This document shows positions 9,664 through 19,550 of a stretch of 64,000 bases of DNA, piece after piece. Where the stretch lies: the NCBI GenBank assembly GCA_018266915.1, contig JAFDZM010000017.1, positions 52,639-116,638 on the forward strand, read 5' to 3'. Origin of the DNA: Bacteroidota bacterium (GTDB lineage: Bacteria; Bacteroidota; Bacteroidia; Sphingobacteriales; Sphingobacteriaceae). How positions within the stretch are numbered: position 1 is the first letter of the stretch; each line of letters starts with the position of its first letter. Below the pieces are notes generated by a model. That model did not search any database and was not told the DNA's origin. It saw only the letters and a list, made by a program, of their open reading frames with translations. Made by a program: the position numbers and the translations under genes.

Positions 9664-12141
9664 ATGGACTTTATCATTGAAGAACTAAAAGACGCCAAAG
9701 AGATACAGCGTCTTTCCATCCCAGCAAAAAGACTAAAAGAGAAACTTGCTCCCATTCCCAGCACTTTTGAAGCGTTGCGTCGCCGATGGTTCTGGGAGTT
9801 ATTGCAAAATGCGAGCGACTATAACGATCAGGTTAGTGTCCGGTTGGACCTTCATGAGGATAAAATTGTTTTTTCCCATAATGGCGCGCCATTCAAACCT
9901 ATCGATACCGAAAATCTGATTTCACCGGATTCCGGAAAGGATGACGAGGATATCAAGGCAAAAGACCCAATTGGTCAATTTGGAACTGGTTTTATATCGA
10001 CGCATGTGTTGTCTTCCGAAATAACGGTGTCAGGGGTAGTGGCTTCTCAAAAATATGCCGGTCAATACACGGGTATCCGGTTTACTCTCGACCGTAGCCA
10101 ATTTGAAAGTAAAGACGAGTTAATCAAATCTATCAACACGGCAGAGTCTCAACTTGAGAAAAACATTTATGCCGCCTCTTATATTCCCGGCTCCTATAAC
10201 ACTCAATTCAGCTATAACCTCACTAGGCCGTTTCCTAAGGTGGATGCTATGAATACTGTTGAAGAGGGTCTTAAAAATATCGATGAACTGCTGCCTTACA
10301 CAATGATATTCATGGCAAAGGTGCAAACCGTTGAAATTGTCAATCATGCCTACCCTAAATTTAATTATGCCCGGCAAGCAATATTCAAACGCGGAGAAAC
10401 CTCATTATCCGATTATCACATCATTCACAGCCCCTTTGATGAAAATAATAAACCCTTAGACAATATCAATTATCACTTTAAGGTTCAAAAAGAAAATGAC
10501 GCGACAGTTGTCGTTAGAGTCGGGGATAAGTTCGTTTTGCCATACCCGGCTTTCATAACTAAATTGTTCTGCTCGTTGCCAATGATAGGCTCAGAAAAAT
10601 TTTGCCTGCCATATGTTCTTAATTCGGCAAAATTTATTCCGGCAACTGAGCGACATAAAGTTGAACTTTCGGACAATGATACGGCAAATCGCAAAATATT
10701 AACCGATTCCGTTCTCGCTTTTAAATCTTTGATCGACACACTTGTATCTGATGGCTACGAAAACTTTTATCATCTATGCCATTTCGGCGAGCCGGGTGAT
10801 ACAAATCAAACTGTAAATAACTGGCTTAAGGATCAGGTGCTAAAGCCTATTCAAGCCAATCTTCTAGATCAGGCCATTATAACGAGTAAAGAAACGACCG
10901 GGGCGCTCAAACTCTCAGTTGCTACAATATCGTTCATCCCACGTGATGAATTTCAAGAAGAAAAATATACGAAATTGACTGACATTGTTGATGCCCTTAA
11001 AAGTGCGACCGTGCCACGCTTTGCCGACGTAATTTCCTGGTATAACAGTTTAGACTTTGTCAGATTTGCAGGCTTGAAGTTTACCATTGAAATGGTCCTC
11101 AAGCAAATCCATGAATGTGGCTCATTGGCTGCGCTTCAGGCGGTCCTGGGTGAAAGCCCGACGGCATGGCTTGTTAAAGTACATGCTTATTTAATATTAT
11201 ATAATGAGGTGCTTTTAGACCAGTATAAAATTATTCCTGACCAGGAAGGAAATCTCCACTTAAGAAGCGACGATATCAACTGGGATAATGATATTCCCGA
11301 TGATCTTAAAGAAATCTATCTGAAAATTACTGGTAAGTCATTCGGTAATATTTTATTGGATAAAGACTATGAAATTAATATGACTTTGCTTCCAGAAACG
11401 AAGCAAAAGGGCCCGGATGACATTGGACAAGAAATTGATAACGCATTTAAAAATTATACCGGGGATACCGGCAGTAAAAACTATCTGGATGCACTCCGAA
11501 AGCTTTTCAAATGGTTCAAAGATCACCATGCAGATGGCGGCGAAAACCTTAAAAAAACATTTGAATGGTTCTCACGGAAAAAACCGCAGTTATTCATGGA
11601 CACATTCAATGAAGAGGAAAAAGACAAGGCCTTTATTATTGTTCAAAGCGGAAAGCTGCAAAGTCTTGCAAAGCTTGCTGAGTCTGGAATCAGCGATGAA
11701 GAGATAAATTTATTGACAAATAATCTCGATAATGTTAAAAGCATTTTGGAATGGCTGTTGCAAAAAACTGATGATAAAACCCACGCCAACGCAGCCACTG
11801 GAGATACAGGTGAAGAAATCGTATTTGAGGAACTCAATAGAAAATTCGGAGGATTTAACAACACCCAGGTTATTTGGGCCAGCAGGGATAGAAATGAGCC
11901 CCGCTATGATTTTGAAATTATTAAGGATGGGAAAATTATAATTTACGTTGACGCAAAAACAACCAATCAAGGGACTGCCAATGCTGATTCCATTCCTTTT
12001 TTTGTTCGAAGGGCACAATGGGAGTTTTTGAAGGATGAGCGGGTTAGAAATAAGTATTTAGCTGCCCGTGTGACTATTTCGAATGAGGGAATAGGTATAG
12101 AATGGCTCGCATTAAACTTATTAAATATCGGGTTAATATAA
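9664..12141 (+). CDS. Sacsin/NOV-type GHKL ATPase with C-terminal DUF3883-like (PD-(D/E)xK) nuclease domain
   Basis: RWFWELLQNASD, FSHNGAPF, GQFGTGF. C-terminal GDTGEEIVFEEL...RYDFEI...YVDAKTT. Confidence 0.8.
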   Translation: MDFIIEELKDAKEIQRLSIPAKRLKEKLAPIPSTFEALRRRWFWELLQNASDYNDQVSVRLDLHEDKIVFSHNGAPFKPIDTENLISPDSGKDDEDIKAKDPIGQFGTGFISTHVLSSEITVSGVVASQKYAGQYTGIRFTLDRSQFESKDELIKSINTAESQLEKNIYAASYIPGSYNTQFSYNLTRPFPKVDAMNTVEEGLKNIDELLPYTMIFMAKVQTVEIVNHAYPKFNYARQAIFKRGETSLSDYHIIHSPFDENNKPLDNINYHFKVQKENDATVVVRVGDKFVLPYPAFITKLFCSLPMIGSEKFCLPYVLNSAKFIPATERHKVELSDNDTANRKILTDSVLAFKSLIDTLVSDGYENFYHLCHFGEPGDTNQTVNNWLKDQVLKPIQANLLDQAIITSKETTGALKLSVATISFIPRDEFQEEKYTKLTDIVDALKSATVPRFADVISWYNSLDFVRFAGLKFTIEMVLKQIHECGSLAALQAVLGESPTAWLVKVHAYLILYNEVLLDQYKIIPDQEGNLHLRSDDINWDNDIPDDLKEIYLKITGKSFGNILLDKDYEINMTLLPETKQKGPDDIGQEIDNAFKNYTGDTGSKNYLDALRKLFKWFKDHHADGGENLKKTFEWFSRKKPQLFMDTFNEEEKDKAFIIVQSGKLQSLAKLAESGISDEEINLLTNNLDNVKSILEWLLQKTDDKTHANAATGDTGEEIVFEELNRKFGGFNNTQVIWASRDRNEPRYDFEIIKDGKIIIYVDAKTTNQGTANADSIPFFVRRAQWEFLKDERVRNKYLAARVTISNEGIGIEWLALNLLNIGLI

Positions 12142-12467
12142 CAAGCATTATTAAAAACCGATAAAGCAGGGAGGTCAAATGTTATTTTTATGTCAAGGAG
12201 TGACAGGTGCAGCGTTATAAAAAAGCAAGTGGTCGAAGTGTTCTAGTAACTGAAGAGGAAGCCGGAATTATCCTTGACTTTTTATCAGGCACTAGAAGGC
12301 TCAAGCTCGAACCGATCATCATTAAAACAAAAGGGAATTTCCGGTAGGATTTTCTATATTTTTAGCGAAATTTGTACCTTTACGCCGTCAAATGTTCCCG
12401 CGAACAAAAAGGTGAACAGCTTGGAATAGATTTTATAATTTACTGATAGTAAGACATATACAGAGTT

Positions 12468-12491
12468 GGGTTAGCGTCCCGCCATCCCGAC
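12468..12491 (+). repeat. Degenerate tRNA-Pro 3' end, putative att site of the island
   Basis: GGGTTAGCGTCCCGCCATCCCGAC. CATCCCG-A is the tRNA-Pro acceptor 3' strand plus discriminator, and the T-loop is degenerate. No 5' half of a tRNA upstream. Confidence 0.6.
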
Positions 12492-12502
12492 GAAGAAGAA
12501 TT

Positions 12503-12538
12503 AAGCCTCTCAATACTAAAACTGAGGGGCTTTGTTTT
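12503..12538 (+). terminator. Rho-independent terminator
   Basis: AAGCCTCTCA-10 nt-TGAGGGGCTT stem followed by TGTTTTT. Confidence 0.65.
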
Positions 12539-12755
12539 TGTTAAAGATTTGGCCTCCGGAGCAACGCGAACTACTCAGTTTATATACTAAAAAAACTATA
12601 AAAACCTCAAAATTTTTTGGTTAGTATGTTGCTTTTTATATTTTTATAAAATGCTCATATCTATCTTGTTGACTAAAGATCACCTTTCGGTTTCTTTTGG
12701 CGTCAGACCGTCGTCTACCATTAGCACTTCATTAGCGTAACGCCAAAATAATAGT

Positions 12756-13886
12756 ATGAAAACATCTTACAAAAATGATTACTTAACTACTACGGAACTC
12801 AGAAAAAGAGCGAAATCTAAAATTCCAAAATTTATCTTTCAGTACCTGGATGGGGGTTGCAATGACAACATCAACCTGGCAAAAAACATAAAGGAATTAG
12901 GTGACATTGAATTAAAACCAATTTACATTACAGAACATAAAGAGGCTGATTTAAAAACAGAGCTATTCGGCCACACCTACGATGCGCCATTTGGCATTGC
13001 GCCGATGGGTTTGCAGGGCTTTATGTGGCCAAATGCGCCCGAGATATTGGCTAAGTCTGCAGGAGAATATAATATCCCTTTTTTGATTAGCACTTTAACA
13101 ACTTGTACGATTGAGCGAATGAATGAACTGGCCGGTGGCCGGGCGTGGTTTCAATTATATCATCCAAAAGAACCCGAACTACGCGACAAACTTCTAAAAA
13201 AGGTCGAAGGCGCAGGATGCCCCGTCTTAGTGCTGATAGTGGATATGCCAACTAAAGGCTACCGGCCCTGGGATGTTCGTAATGGCTTTGATATGCCACC
13301 CGAAATTTCAATCAGGAATATTCTCCAAATGATGGCTAAACCCGAGTGGGTGCTTAAAACCATATATCATGGTCGGCCAACTTTTGCTATTATGAAATCT
13401 TTTAAAGATGCAGCAGACGGGCATTTTTATTTTGATCATAAACTGGATGAAAAAAAAATAGCCGAGATAAGGAATAAGTGGAAAGGTAAATTGGTGATAA
13501 AAGGGGTGTCTTCTGAGGAAGATACAGAAACAGCTATCAAATTAGGCGCAGATGGTATAATCGTTTCCAATCATGGCGGAAGACAATTGGATGTAGGGCA
13601 ATCATCTATTGCAACGCTTGGCCCGATTGTGAAAAAATACGAGGGCAAAATCAAGATTATGATGGATAGCGGTATGCGGACCGGTCCGGATATTGCAAGA
13701 AGTTTGGCTTCGGGTGCTGAGTTTACCTTTTTAGGCAGGAATTTTATGTATGCCGTAGCGGCCCTTGGCACCCATGGCGGAGAGCATATGATCCGGAGCC
13801 TTAAGACGCAATTGAAACAAGTAATGGAACAAATTTCGTGCGTACAAGTGAGTGATTTGAAAAATCATCTTGTGAAAAGGGATTGA
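12756..13886 (+). CDS. FMN-dependent alpha-hydroxy acid dehydrogenase/oxidase (LldD-like)
   Basis: YLDGG, PFGIAPMG, WFQLY, VIKG, SNHGGRQLD, DSGMRTGPD. Confidence 0.92.
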   Translation: MKTSYKNDYLTTTELRKRAKSKIPKFIFQYLDGGCNDNINLAKNIKELGDIELKPIYITEHKEADLKTELFGHTYDAPFGIAPMGLQGFMWPNAPEILAKSAGEYNIPFLISTLTTCTIERMNELAGGRAWFQLYHPKEPELRDKLLKKVEGAGCPVLVLIVDMPTKGYRPWDVRNGFDMPPEISIRNILQMMAKPEWVLKTIYHGRPTFAIMKSFKDAADGHFYFDHKLDEKKIAEIRNKWKGKLVIKGVSSEEDTETAIKLGADGIIVSNHGGRQLDVGQSSIATLGPIVKKYEGKIKIMMDSGMRTGPDIARSLASGAEFTFLGRNFMYAVAALGTHGGEHMIRSLKTQLKQVMEQISCVQVSDLKNHLVKRD

Positions 13887-14795
13887 TTAGTTGCTTCGTA
13901 CCGTAAAAGCAACCCCATTGTCAAAACCCGAAAAGTCCGTCTTCAACCTGCGGGATACTACTTGCAGGCTGTCATTAAACCGACGGATAACCAGGTAATG
14001 AAATGCCGGTTTATAATTGGCGGCAAGATCGTGGCTGACTTCTTTTGCATAAAGAGGCTGGTGAAGCCCACCACCGCCGCCAATAACCAGGAAGTGTTTG
14101 CCATTCTCAACAAAGTGCTCGAAATTATGCGAGTGCCCCGAAAGGAAAAGGACACATTTTTTGGAGTTAATAAAAGCAGGCAGAAAATTCTGCCTTGCAG
14201 CCATAGATGGCTTCACGATCTTGCTATTAGTGTATGGCGAATGGTGGCAACCGACAATGATAAACTTAACCGAATCGTCTTTATCCAGATTTTTAATCAT
14301 TTTATTATACCAATTGTCCTGGGCTAATATCTCTGCGGCTGTCATTTTGTTGAAGTTGGAATTCAGCAGAATGACTGCTATCGAGTCAATAATCTCAGTA
14401 TATCCCGAAGCTTTATACATCGGGAACCTGGTTTGAAAATTTTTTACACCTCTTTTTGGCCTAAATAGCACTTCATGATTGCCAAGTGTAGCATAAACGG
14501 GTATTGAGTCGTGCGAAAATTGCTTTAGGTATTCATCAATAGTCGTCCATTTGCTAACCCTGTAGCCTACAGAAACTACATCCCCCAAAATAAAAAAGCC
14601 GGAAGGATGCAAACTCAGCACGTCCTTAAAGATCATTTTAGTGGCTTGCTGATTGTGATTTGATTTCAGCATAATCTTTTCCACCCACATGGGTTCCTGT
14701 GTGTCGCTGGTAAAGGCAATTACCGGGCGTTTTTCCTGTGAGAAGGCGGAGAAAGCAATTAAACTAAGAATGAAGGTGCAAACGGCTTTGCTCAT
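13887..14795 (-). CDS. Secreted calcineurin-like metallophosphoesterase
   Basis: Signal peptide, SDTQ, LGDVV, GNHE, HH, SGHSH motifs. Confidence 0.85.
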   Translation of the reverse strand: MSKAVCTFILSLIAFSAFSQEKRPVIAFTSDTQEPMWVEKIMLKSNHNQQATKMIFKDVLSLHPSGFFILGDVVSVGYRVSKWTTIDEYLKQFSHDSIPVYATLGNHEVLFRPKRGVKNFQTRFPMYKASGYTEIIDSIAVILLNSNFNKMTAAEILAQDNWYNKMIKNLDKDDSVKFIIVGCHHSPYTNSKIVKPSMAARQNFLPAFINSKKCVLFLSGHSHNFEHFVENGKHFLVIGGGGGLHQPLYAKEVSHDLAANYKPAFHYLVIRRFNDSLQVVSRRLKTDFSGFDNGVAFTVRSN

Positions 14796-14839
14796 AATTA
14801 ATTAACACAGGTATGGCTTATTATGTTCATGTTAGGCTT

Positions 14840-15370
14840 TTACTTCCCAAACAGCTTCTCATCAATCCTTCTCTTCTGTCTCAAATGATGCCGAAGATGC
14901 ATTTCAGCAAATTGCAGCCAATCCAGTGTATTAAAGTAAAGCAAGCCTGGATGACGGGTTTTTCCGATTGCTTTTGATGAATCGAATGAAGTATACAGGT
15001 TATTTACATCGTTTTTTATAGCTAATAATTTCTGCCGGACCTCATCCTTACTTTCGGGTTGTTTGATGTAGATCCCCGTCGCTGGTCCCTGGATCGTTAT
15101 GTCAGGAAATCTGTTATTCTGAAGCATCATATGTGCATTTTCATGCATTTCTTTTTCGCTATCCGCGTTAGTTTGCATGGCTGCAGCCATTTGCTCCGCA
15201 AACCACTCGGTGTCGTTGGTAATATGGGTATAAACCTGTCCAAGCGACCAGGAACTATCATCAGGCTTTTGGCAAAGCATTTCTAACGTGTAATCGTCCA
15301 GGAAATCGATCCATTTTTGGATGGTTTCGTTGAATGAATTGAGCAGTATTGTTTCCCTCTGAGTTTCCAT
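14840..15370 (-). CDS. DinB family protein
   Basis: WSLGQVYTHI and EMHLRHH metal-ligand motifs. Start moved to METQRE at 15370. Confidence 0.8.
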   Translation of the reverse strand: METQRETILLNSFNETIQKWIDFLDDYTLEMLCQKPDDSSWSLGQVYTHITNDTEWFAEQMAAAMQTNADSEKEMHENAHMMLQNNRFPDITIQGPATGIYIKQPESKDEVRQKLLAIKNDVNNLYTSFDSSKAIGKTRHPGLLYFNTLDWLQFAEMHLRHHLRQKRRIDEKLFGK

Positions 15371-15583
15371 GGTGCAGGACCGAAGATAGCTAAAAATGGC
15401 ACAGTGTTCATGAGCGTTCACGGCGTTGTGAACGAACACTTTCTTTAAAAGATAACCGTTGTATACAGTTGTGAAGATTTACTTTCTCAACTTTCTGGTT
15501 AGTCATTCCGTTTAATTACGTAATTTTGCAATGTCTTACCAGATCAGAACAATGCTAGCATTAAATAGTAAGCAACTCCCTGT

Positions 15584-17068
15584 ATGACTGCCACTTACAA
15601 TAAAGACTTAGGAACAAAACAAAAGGCCCTGGCCATCAACCTGGACCCCAAAATATACGGCTCATTTGCCGAAATAGGCGCCGGCCAAGACGTTGCGGCG
15701 AATTTTTTTAAAGCCGGGGGATCTTCCGGAACCATAGCGAAAACCATGTCGGCCTATGATATGACCTTTTCTGACGCCATTTATGGCGTTCAGCAGGTGA
15801 AGCGTTACGTGAGTGAGGCCCGCCTGATATCTATGTTGGAGCACGAATATGGCTTGCTGATTGAACGTTTGGCCGCACAGCGTGGCGATACGACTACCTT
15901 CTTTGCGTTTTCGGATACCATGTCGGCCCTGAACTTTCATAAAACCAATGAAGGCCATGGATGGATGGGCGTACGGTTCCAGTTGGAACCAAACGGCGCT
16001 TATAATGATGTGATCATTCACGCCAAACTGCTGGATAACGATAACAACCTGCAACAGCAGGCAGTAGGGGTATTGGGTGTAAACCTGATGTATGCCTGCT
16101 TTTATTATCACGAAGTTGCCCCGGTTTTCCTGCTTTCGTTAATGGACGATCTGTCAAAAGACCGTATCCAGATCGATATGATCCGTTTTGAAGGGCCAAG
16201 TTTTACCAATGTAGACAACAGGCTGATGAGTCTGCTACTGGTGAAATATGGTTTTTCGGATGCCGCTGTGTTTGGTCCGGATGGCAAGAACCAGCAACCA
16301 TCAGAAGTATTATACAAAAAGCATATAGTAGTAGTAAGGGGCCGTTTCCGCCCGGTGATCAATGTGCACATAGATATGCTGCATACCGGTGTGAAGCAAT
16401 TTCTGCAGGAGCCGGATGTGGATCATTCACAGGTGGTGGTAATTACTGAGCTTACCCTGCAGGCGTTGAAGGAAAGAAATGCTGATGACAGCACAGATAT
16501 CGATGAAAAAGATTTCCTTGACCGGGTAGACATACTTTGTTCGCTCGGGCAAACGGTATTGATATCTAATTTCCACGAATATTATAAGCTGGTATCCTAC
16601 CTGTCCAAGATCACCAAATTGAAAATGGGCGTGGTGTTAGGTTACCCTAACCTGGAGTATATTTTCTCCGAAGAGCATTATAAAGACCTTCCTGGTGGTA
16701 TACTCGAGTCGTTTGCGGCATTGTTCAGCAGAAAGGTAAAATTATTTATTTATCCAACCCAGCGTGATGGCATGATTATGAATTGCCTGCGCTTTTATCC
16801 GCCTCCGCACCTTATCGACTTGTACCGTTACCTGATAGCCAACAACAAAATAGAAGATATCAGAAATTATAACGAAGCCAACCTGAACGTACAAACAGAT
16901 AATGTTTTGGAGTTAATCAAATCAGGCGCTGATGGCTGGGAAGAGCTTGTACCACCCGAAGTAGCCGCAATTATTAAAGATCGTTGTCTTTTCGGTTATC
17001 CATGTAAAGCTGAAATTGTTAAGGAAGAGATAAAGGCTGACGAGGCATCGGAACATACAGGCGCATAA
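15584..17068 (+). CDS. Bacteroidota nucleotidyltransferase-like (NMN/NaMN adenylyltransferase-like) protein
   Basis: GRFRPVINVH (GxFxPxxxxH) motif. No signal peptide or beta-barrel features. TAATTTTG promoter at 15521-15528. Confidence 0.65.
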   Translation: MTATYNKDLGTKQKALAINLDPKIYGSFAEIGAGQDVAANFFKAGGSSGTIAKTMSAYDMTFSDAIYGVQQVKRYVSEARLISMLEHEYGLLIERLAAQRGDTTTFFAFSDTMSALNFHKTNEGHGWMGVRFQLEPNGAYNDVIIHAKLLDNDNNLQQQAVGVLGVNLMYACFYYHEVAPVFLLSLMDDLSKDRIQIDMIRFEGPSFTNVDNRLMSLLLVKYGFSDAAVFGPDGKNQQPSEVLYKKHIVVVRGRFRPVINVHIDMLHTGVKQFLQEPDVDHSQVVVITELTLQALKERNADDSTDIDEKDFLDRVDILCSLGQTVLISNFHEYYKLVSYLSKITKLKMGVVLGYPNLEYIFSEEHYKDLPGGILESFAALFSRKVKLFIYPTQRDGMIMNCLRFYPPPHLIDLYRYLIANNKIEDIRNYNEANLNVQTDNVLELIKSGADGWEELVPPEVAAIIKDRCLFGYPCKAEIVKEEIKADEASEHTGA

Positions 17069-17163
17069 TAATCTTCACCTTTGATTCCGTAGTTAGCATT
17101 GTGTCAGAGATTTTACAGTCATGCTGATACATAATTCATAACTTAGCTATAAGCCAAAGAATT

Positions 17164-18012
17164 ATGAAACTTGTAAAATTCAGCATGATATTATTGCTTT
17201 TTGCAGTTGCCGTCGCATTTACTCCCTTTTCATCCAAAGAACGTTGGAAATCTTTATTTAACGGGAAAGACCTTTCCGGATGGGATACATATATCGGACC
17301 GGATCTGGACGATAATGGCAAACCAATAACAACAATGCCTATCGGTTTAAATAACGATCCACGTCATGTTTTTACTGTTGTGCAGAACAACGGTGAAAAT
17401 GTAATCCGCGTATCGGGTCAGAACTGGGGTGCGATCATCACAAAAAATGAGTTCGAAAATTATCATCTGCAGCTCCAATTCAAATGGGGTGAACTTTCCT
17501 GGGGGCAAAAGAAGGGGAAGAAAAAAGACAGCGGCTTGCTATATCACTCTGTTGGCAAATACGGGGCAGATTACGGCGCATGGATGCGTGCACAGGAATT
17601 CCAGATAGAAGAGGGGAATACAGGCGACTACTGGGGTTGCGCAGGTGGCGAGGCAGATATACCTGCAGACAAGGAATCAGAAACTGACTATGTATATGAT
17701 CCACGTGGAACATTGCTCCGCTTCAGTCAACAAAGCAAACAAAGCCGGCACTGCATCAAGCAAGGCGATGCGGAAAATCCTTCAGGTCAATGGAATACAC
17801 TTGATTTGTATTGCCACGGCGATACCAGCATTCATGTGGTGAACGGCAAAGTGATGATGGTGCTGTATCATAATCAACAATCAGAAAATGGTCAGGATTT
17901 GCCACTGACTAAAGGTCGGATCCAATTGCAATCGGAAGGGGCGGAGTTATTTTATAGAAATATAAGGATACAGTCCATCAATAGCCTGCCCCAAGAGTTG
18001 ATTAAGCAATAA
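17164..18012 (+). CDS. DUF1080 (3-keto-disaccharide hydrolase family) secreted protein
   Basis: Signal peptide, LFNGKDLSGW, DSG, EFQI, GRIQLQSEG. Confidence 0.88.
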   Translation: MKLVKFSMILLLFAVAVAFTPFSSKERWKSLFNGKDLSGWDTYIGPDLDDNGKPITTMPIGLNNDPRHVFTVVQNNGENVIRVSGQNWGAIITKNEFENYHLQLQFKWGELSWGQKKGKKKDSGLLYHSVGKYGADYGAWMRAQEFQIEEGNTGDYWGCAGGEADIPADKESETDYVYDPRGTLLRFSQQSKQSRHCIKQGDAENPSGQWNTLDLYCHGDTSIHVVNGKVMMVLYHNQQSENGQDLPLTKGRIQLQSEGAELFYRNIRIQSINSLPQELIKQ

Positions 18013-18029
18013 TGAATGTGACATAAACT

Positions 18030-18054
18030 AAAAAGGCCCAAACGGAGCCTTTTT
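18030..18054. terminator. Bidirectional terminator
   Basis: AAAAAGGC...GCCTTTTT between convergent genes. Confidence 0.65.
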
Positions 18055-18079
18055 AATACATTATAGTAAGATTTTTCTA

Positions 18080-18466
18080 TTAATTCATGCGATAAGGCGC
18101 GATCAAATAAAACTCAGGGATCTGTACGTTAAAGGTTCCATTATCCACCATGCGTACCATCTGGTATTCGCCTTTCATGCTGCCCATGTCTGTTTTCAGG
18201 TTACATCCTGATACGTACTCATGGGTGCTGCCTGGCTCTATAATAGGCTGCTGGCCAACCACGCCTTCGCCTTCCACTTCACGTTTTGCCCCATTTGAGT
18301 CGAAAATTTCCCAATGCCTGCGTAATAATTGCACAGAACTGTGCCCTACGTTTTCGATGCTTATCTTGTAAGCAAACATATAATGATCATTTGCCGGATT
18401 AGAATATTCTGGCTGGTAAATAGTTTCTACTGAAACTTTAACACCGTCGGTAATGGTTGTGATCAT
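18080..18466 (-). CDS. apaG: ApaG protein
   Basis: YMFAYKISIEN, QLLRRHW, VEGEGVVGQQP. Start moved to MITTIT at 18466. Confidence 0.95.
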   Translation of the reverse strand: MITTITDGVKVSVETIYQPEYSNPANDHYMFAYKISIENVGHSSVQLLRRHWEIFDSNGAKREVEGEGVVGQQPIIEPGSTHEYVSGCNLKTDMGSMKGEYQMVRMVDNGTFNVQIPEFYLIAPYRMN

Positions 18467-18513
18467 GATCTTATCGTGAATGAATTTCAAATATATGTTT
18501 ATCAAAACAAATA

Positions 18514-19506
18514 TTACGCCATTTCTTCAGAGTAACGTTCGGCCACCTCAAATAATATTTCGAGCACCTCTTCCACGCTGGCAGCAGTGACTAATTTCAT
18601 GCGGAACTCTTTAAAATGGTCAACTCCTTTAAAATAGTTGGAATAGTGTCTGCGCATCTCAAAAAGGCCTGTTTTAGGTCCTTTCCATTCAATCGATTTC
18701 TCTAAATGAGTCTTGCAAACCGCTATGCGTTCGGCAATTATGGGTTTGTCAAGATATTGTCCTGTTTTAAAAAAATGTTTTATTTCGCGGAAGACCCAGG
18801 GGTATCCAATGGCCGCACGACCGATCATCATGCCATCAACTTCGTATTCTAAACGCCAGTCAGCAGCTTTTTGCGGCGAGTCGATATCGCCATTTCCGAA
18901 AATGGGGATTTTTATCCTCGGATTCTTCTTTATATCGCGGATCAACGCCCAGTCGGCCTCACCTTTATACATCTGTGAGCGGGTACGGCCATGAATGGTT
19001 AGAGCTTGTATGCCCACATCCTGCAAACGCTCGGCAACTTCATACACATTTTTGGTATTGTCGTCCCAACCCAGGCGGGTTTTCACAGTTACCGGCAAGT
19101 GCGTAGCCTCTACAACTGCCTTGGTCATGGCTACCATTTTAGGGATATCCTGTAGCAAGCTTGCACCAGCGCCACGGCAGGCCACTTGTTTTACGGGGCA
19201 GCCATAGTTAATGTCCATCAGATCGGGATTTACCTCGGTTGCGATCTCAGTCGCCTCGCGCATATGGTCGATATCGCTACCAAATATTTGTATCCCTATC
19301 GGGCGTTCATATTCAAAAATGTCGAGTTTTTGCCTGCTTTTTGCTGCATCACGTATCAGGCCCTCCGACGAAATGAACTCGGTATACATCATATCCGCAC
19401 CGTTCTGTTTGCACACATAACGGAAAGGCGGATCGCTCACATCTTCCATCGGCGCCAGCAGCAGCGGAAATTCCCCGAGATCAATATTTCCAATTTTTAC
19501 AGACAT
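18514..19506 (-). CDS. dusB: tRNA-dihydrouridine synthase B
   Basis: LAPMEDVSD, DINYGCP, IHGRTR, GNGDI, MIGRA. Start at 19506, promoter TATTTTTG at 19525-19532. Confidence 0.95.
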   Translation of the reverse strand: MSVKIGNIDLGEFPLLLAPMEDVSDPPFRYVCKQNGADMMYTEFISSEGLIRDAAKSRQKLDIFEYERPIGIQIFGSDIDHMREATEIATEVNPDLMDINYGCPVKQVACRGAGASLLQDIPKMVAMTKAVVEATHLPVTVKTRLGWDDNTKNVYEVAERLQDVGIQALTIHGRTRSQMYKGEADWALIRDIKKNPRIKIPIFGNGDIDSPQKAADWRLEYEVDGMMIGRAAIGYPWVFREIKHFFKTGQYLDKPIIAERIAVCKTHLEKSIEWKGPKTGLFEMRRHYSNYFKGVDHFKEFRMKLVTAASVEEVLEILFEVAERYSEEMA

Positions 19507-19550
19507 CTTTATCTTTATCCGCCGCAAAAATACGAATTTAGCGCCAAAAT

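Larger units (their letters stand above)
1..12491. mobile_element. Right-hand part of an integrated genomic/defence island (left end outside window)
   Basis: Cluster of R-M/defence-type genes ending at a tRNA-Pro 3'-end-like sequence (12468-12491) followed by a terminator. Housekeeping/metabolic genes resume after it. No integrase in the window. Confidence 0.65.

Noticed and set aside
12207-12347. 46-aa GTG-started ORF (VQRYKKASGRSV...) at the island edge
   Set aside because: Short, non-ATG start and no recognisable motif. It could be a remnant but is unsupported.
12468-12491. Intact tRNA gene
   Set aside because: Only the 3' acceptor strand and a damaged T-arm are present; there is no D-arm or anticodon arm upstream.
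15584-17068. TonB-dependent receptor label sometimes given to this family
   Set aside because: No signal peptide, no beta-barrel periodicity or terminal Phe; it has a nucleotidyltransferase motif instead.
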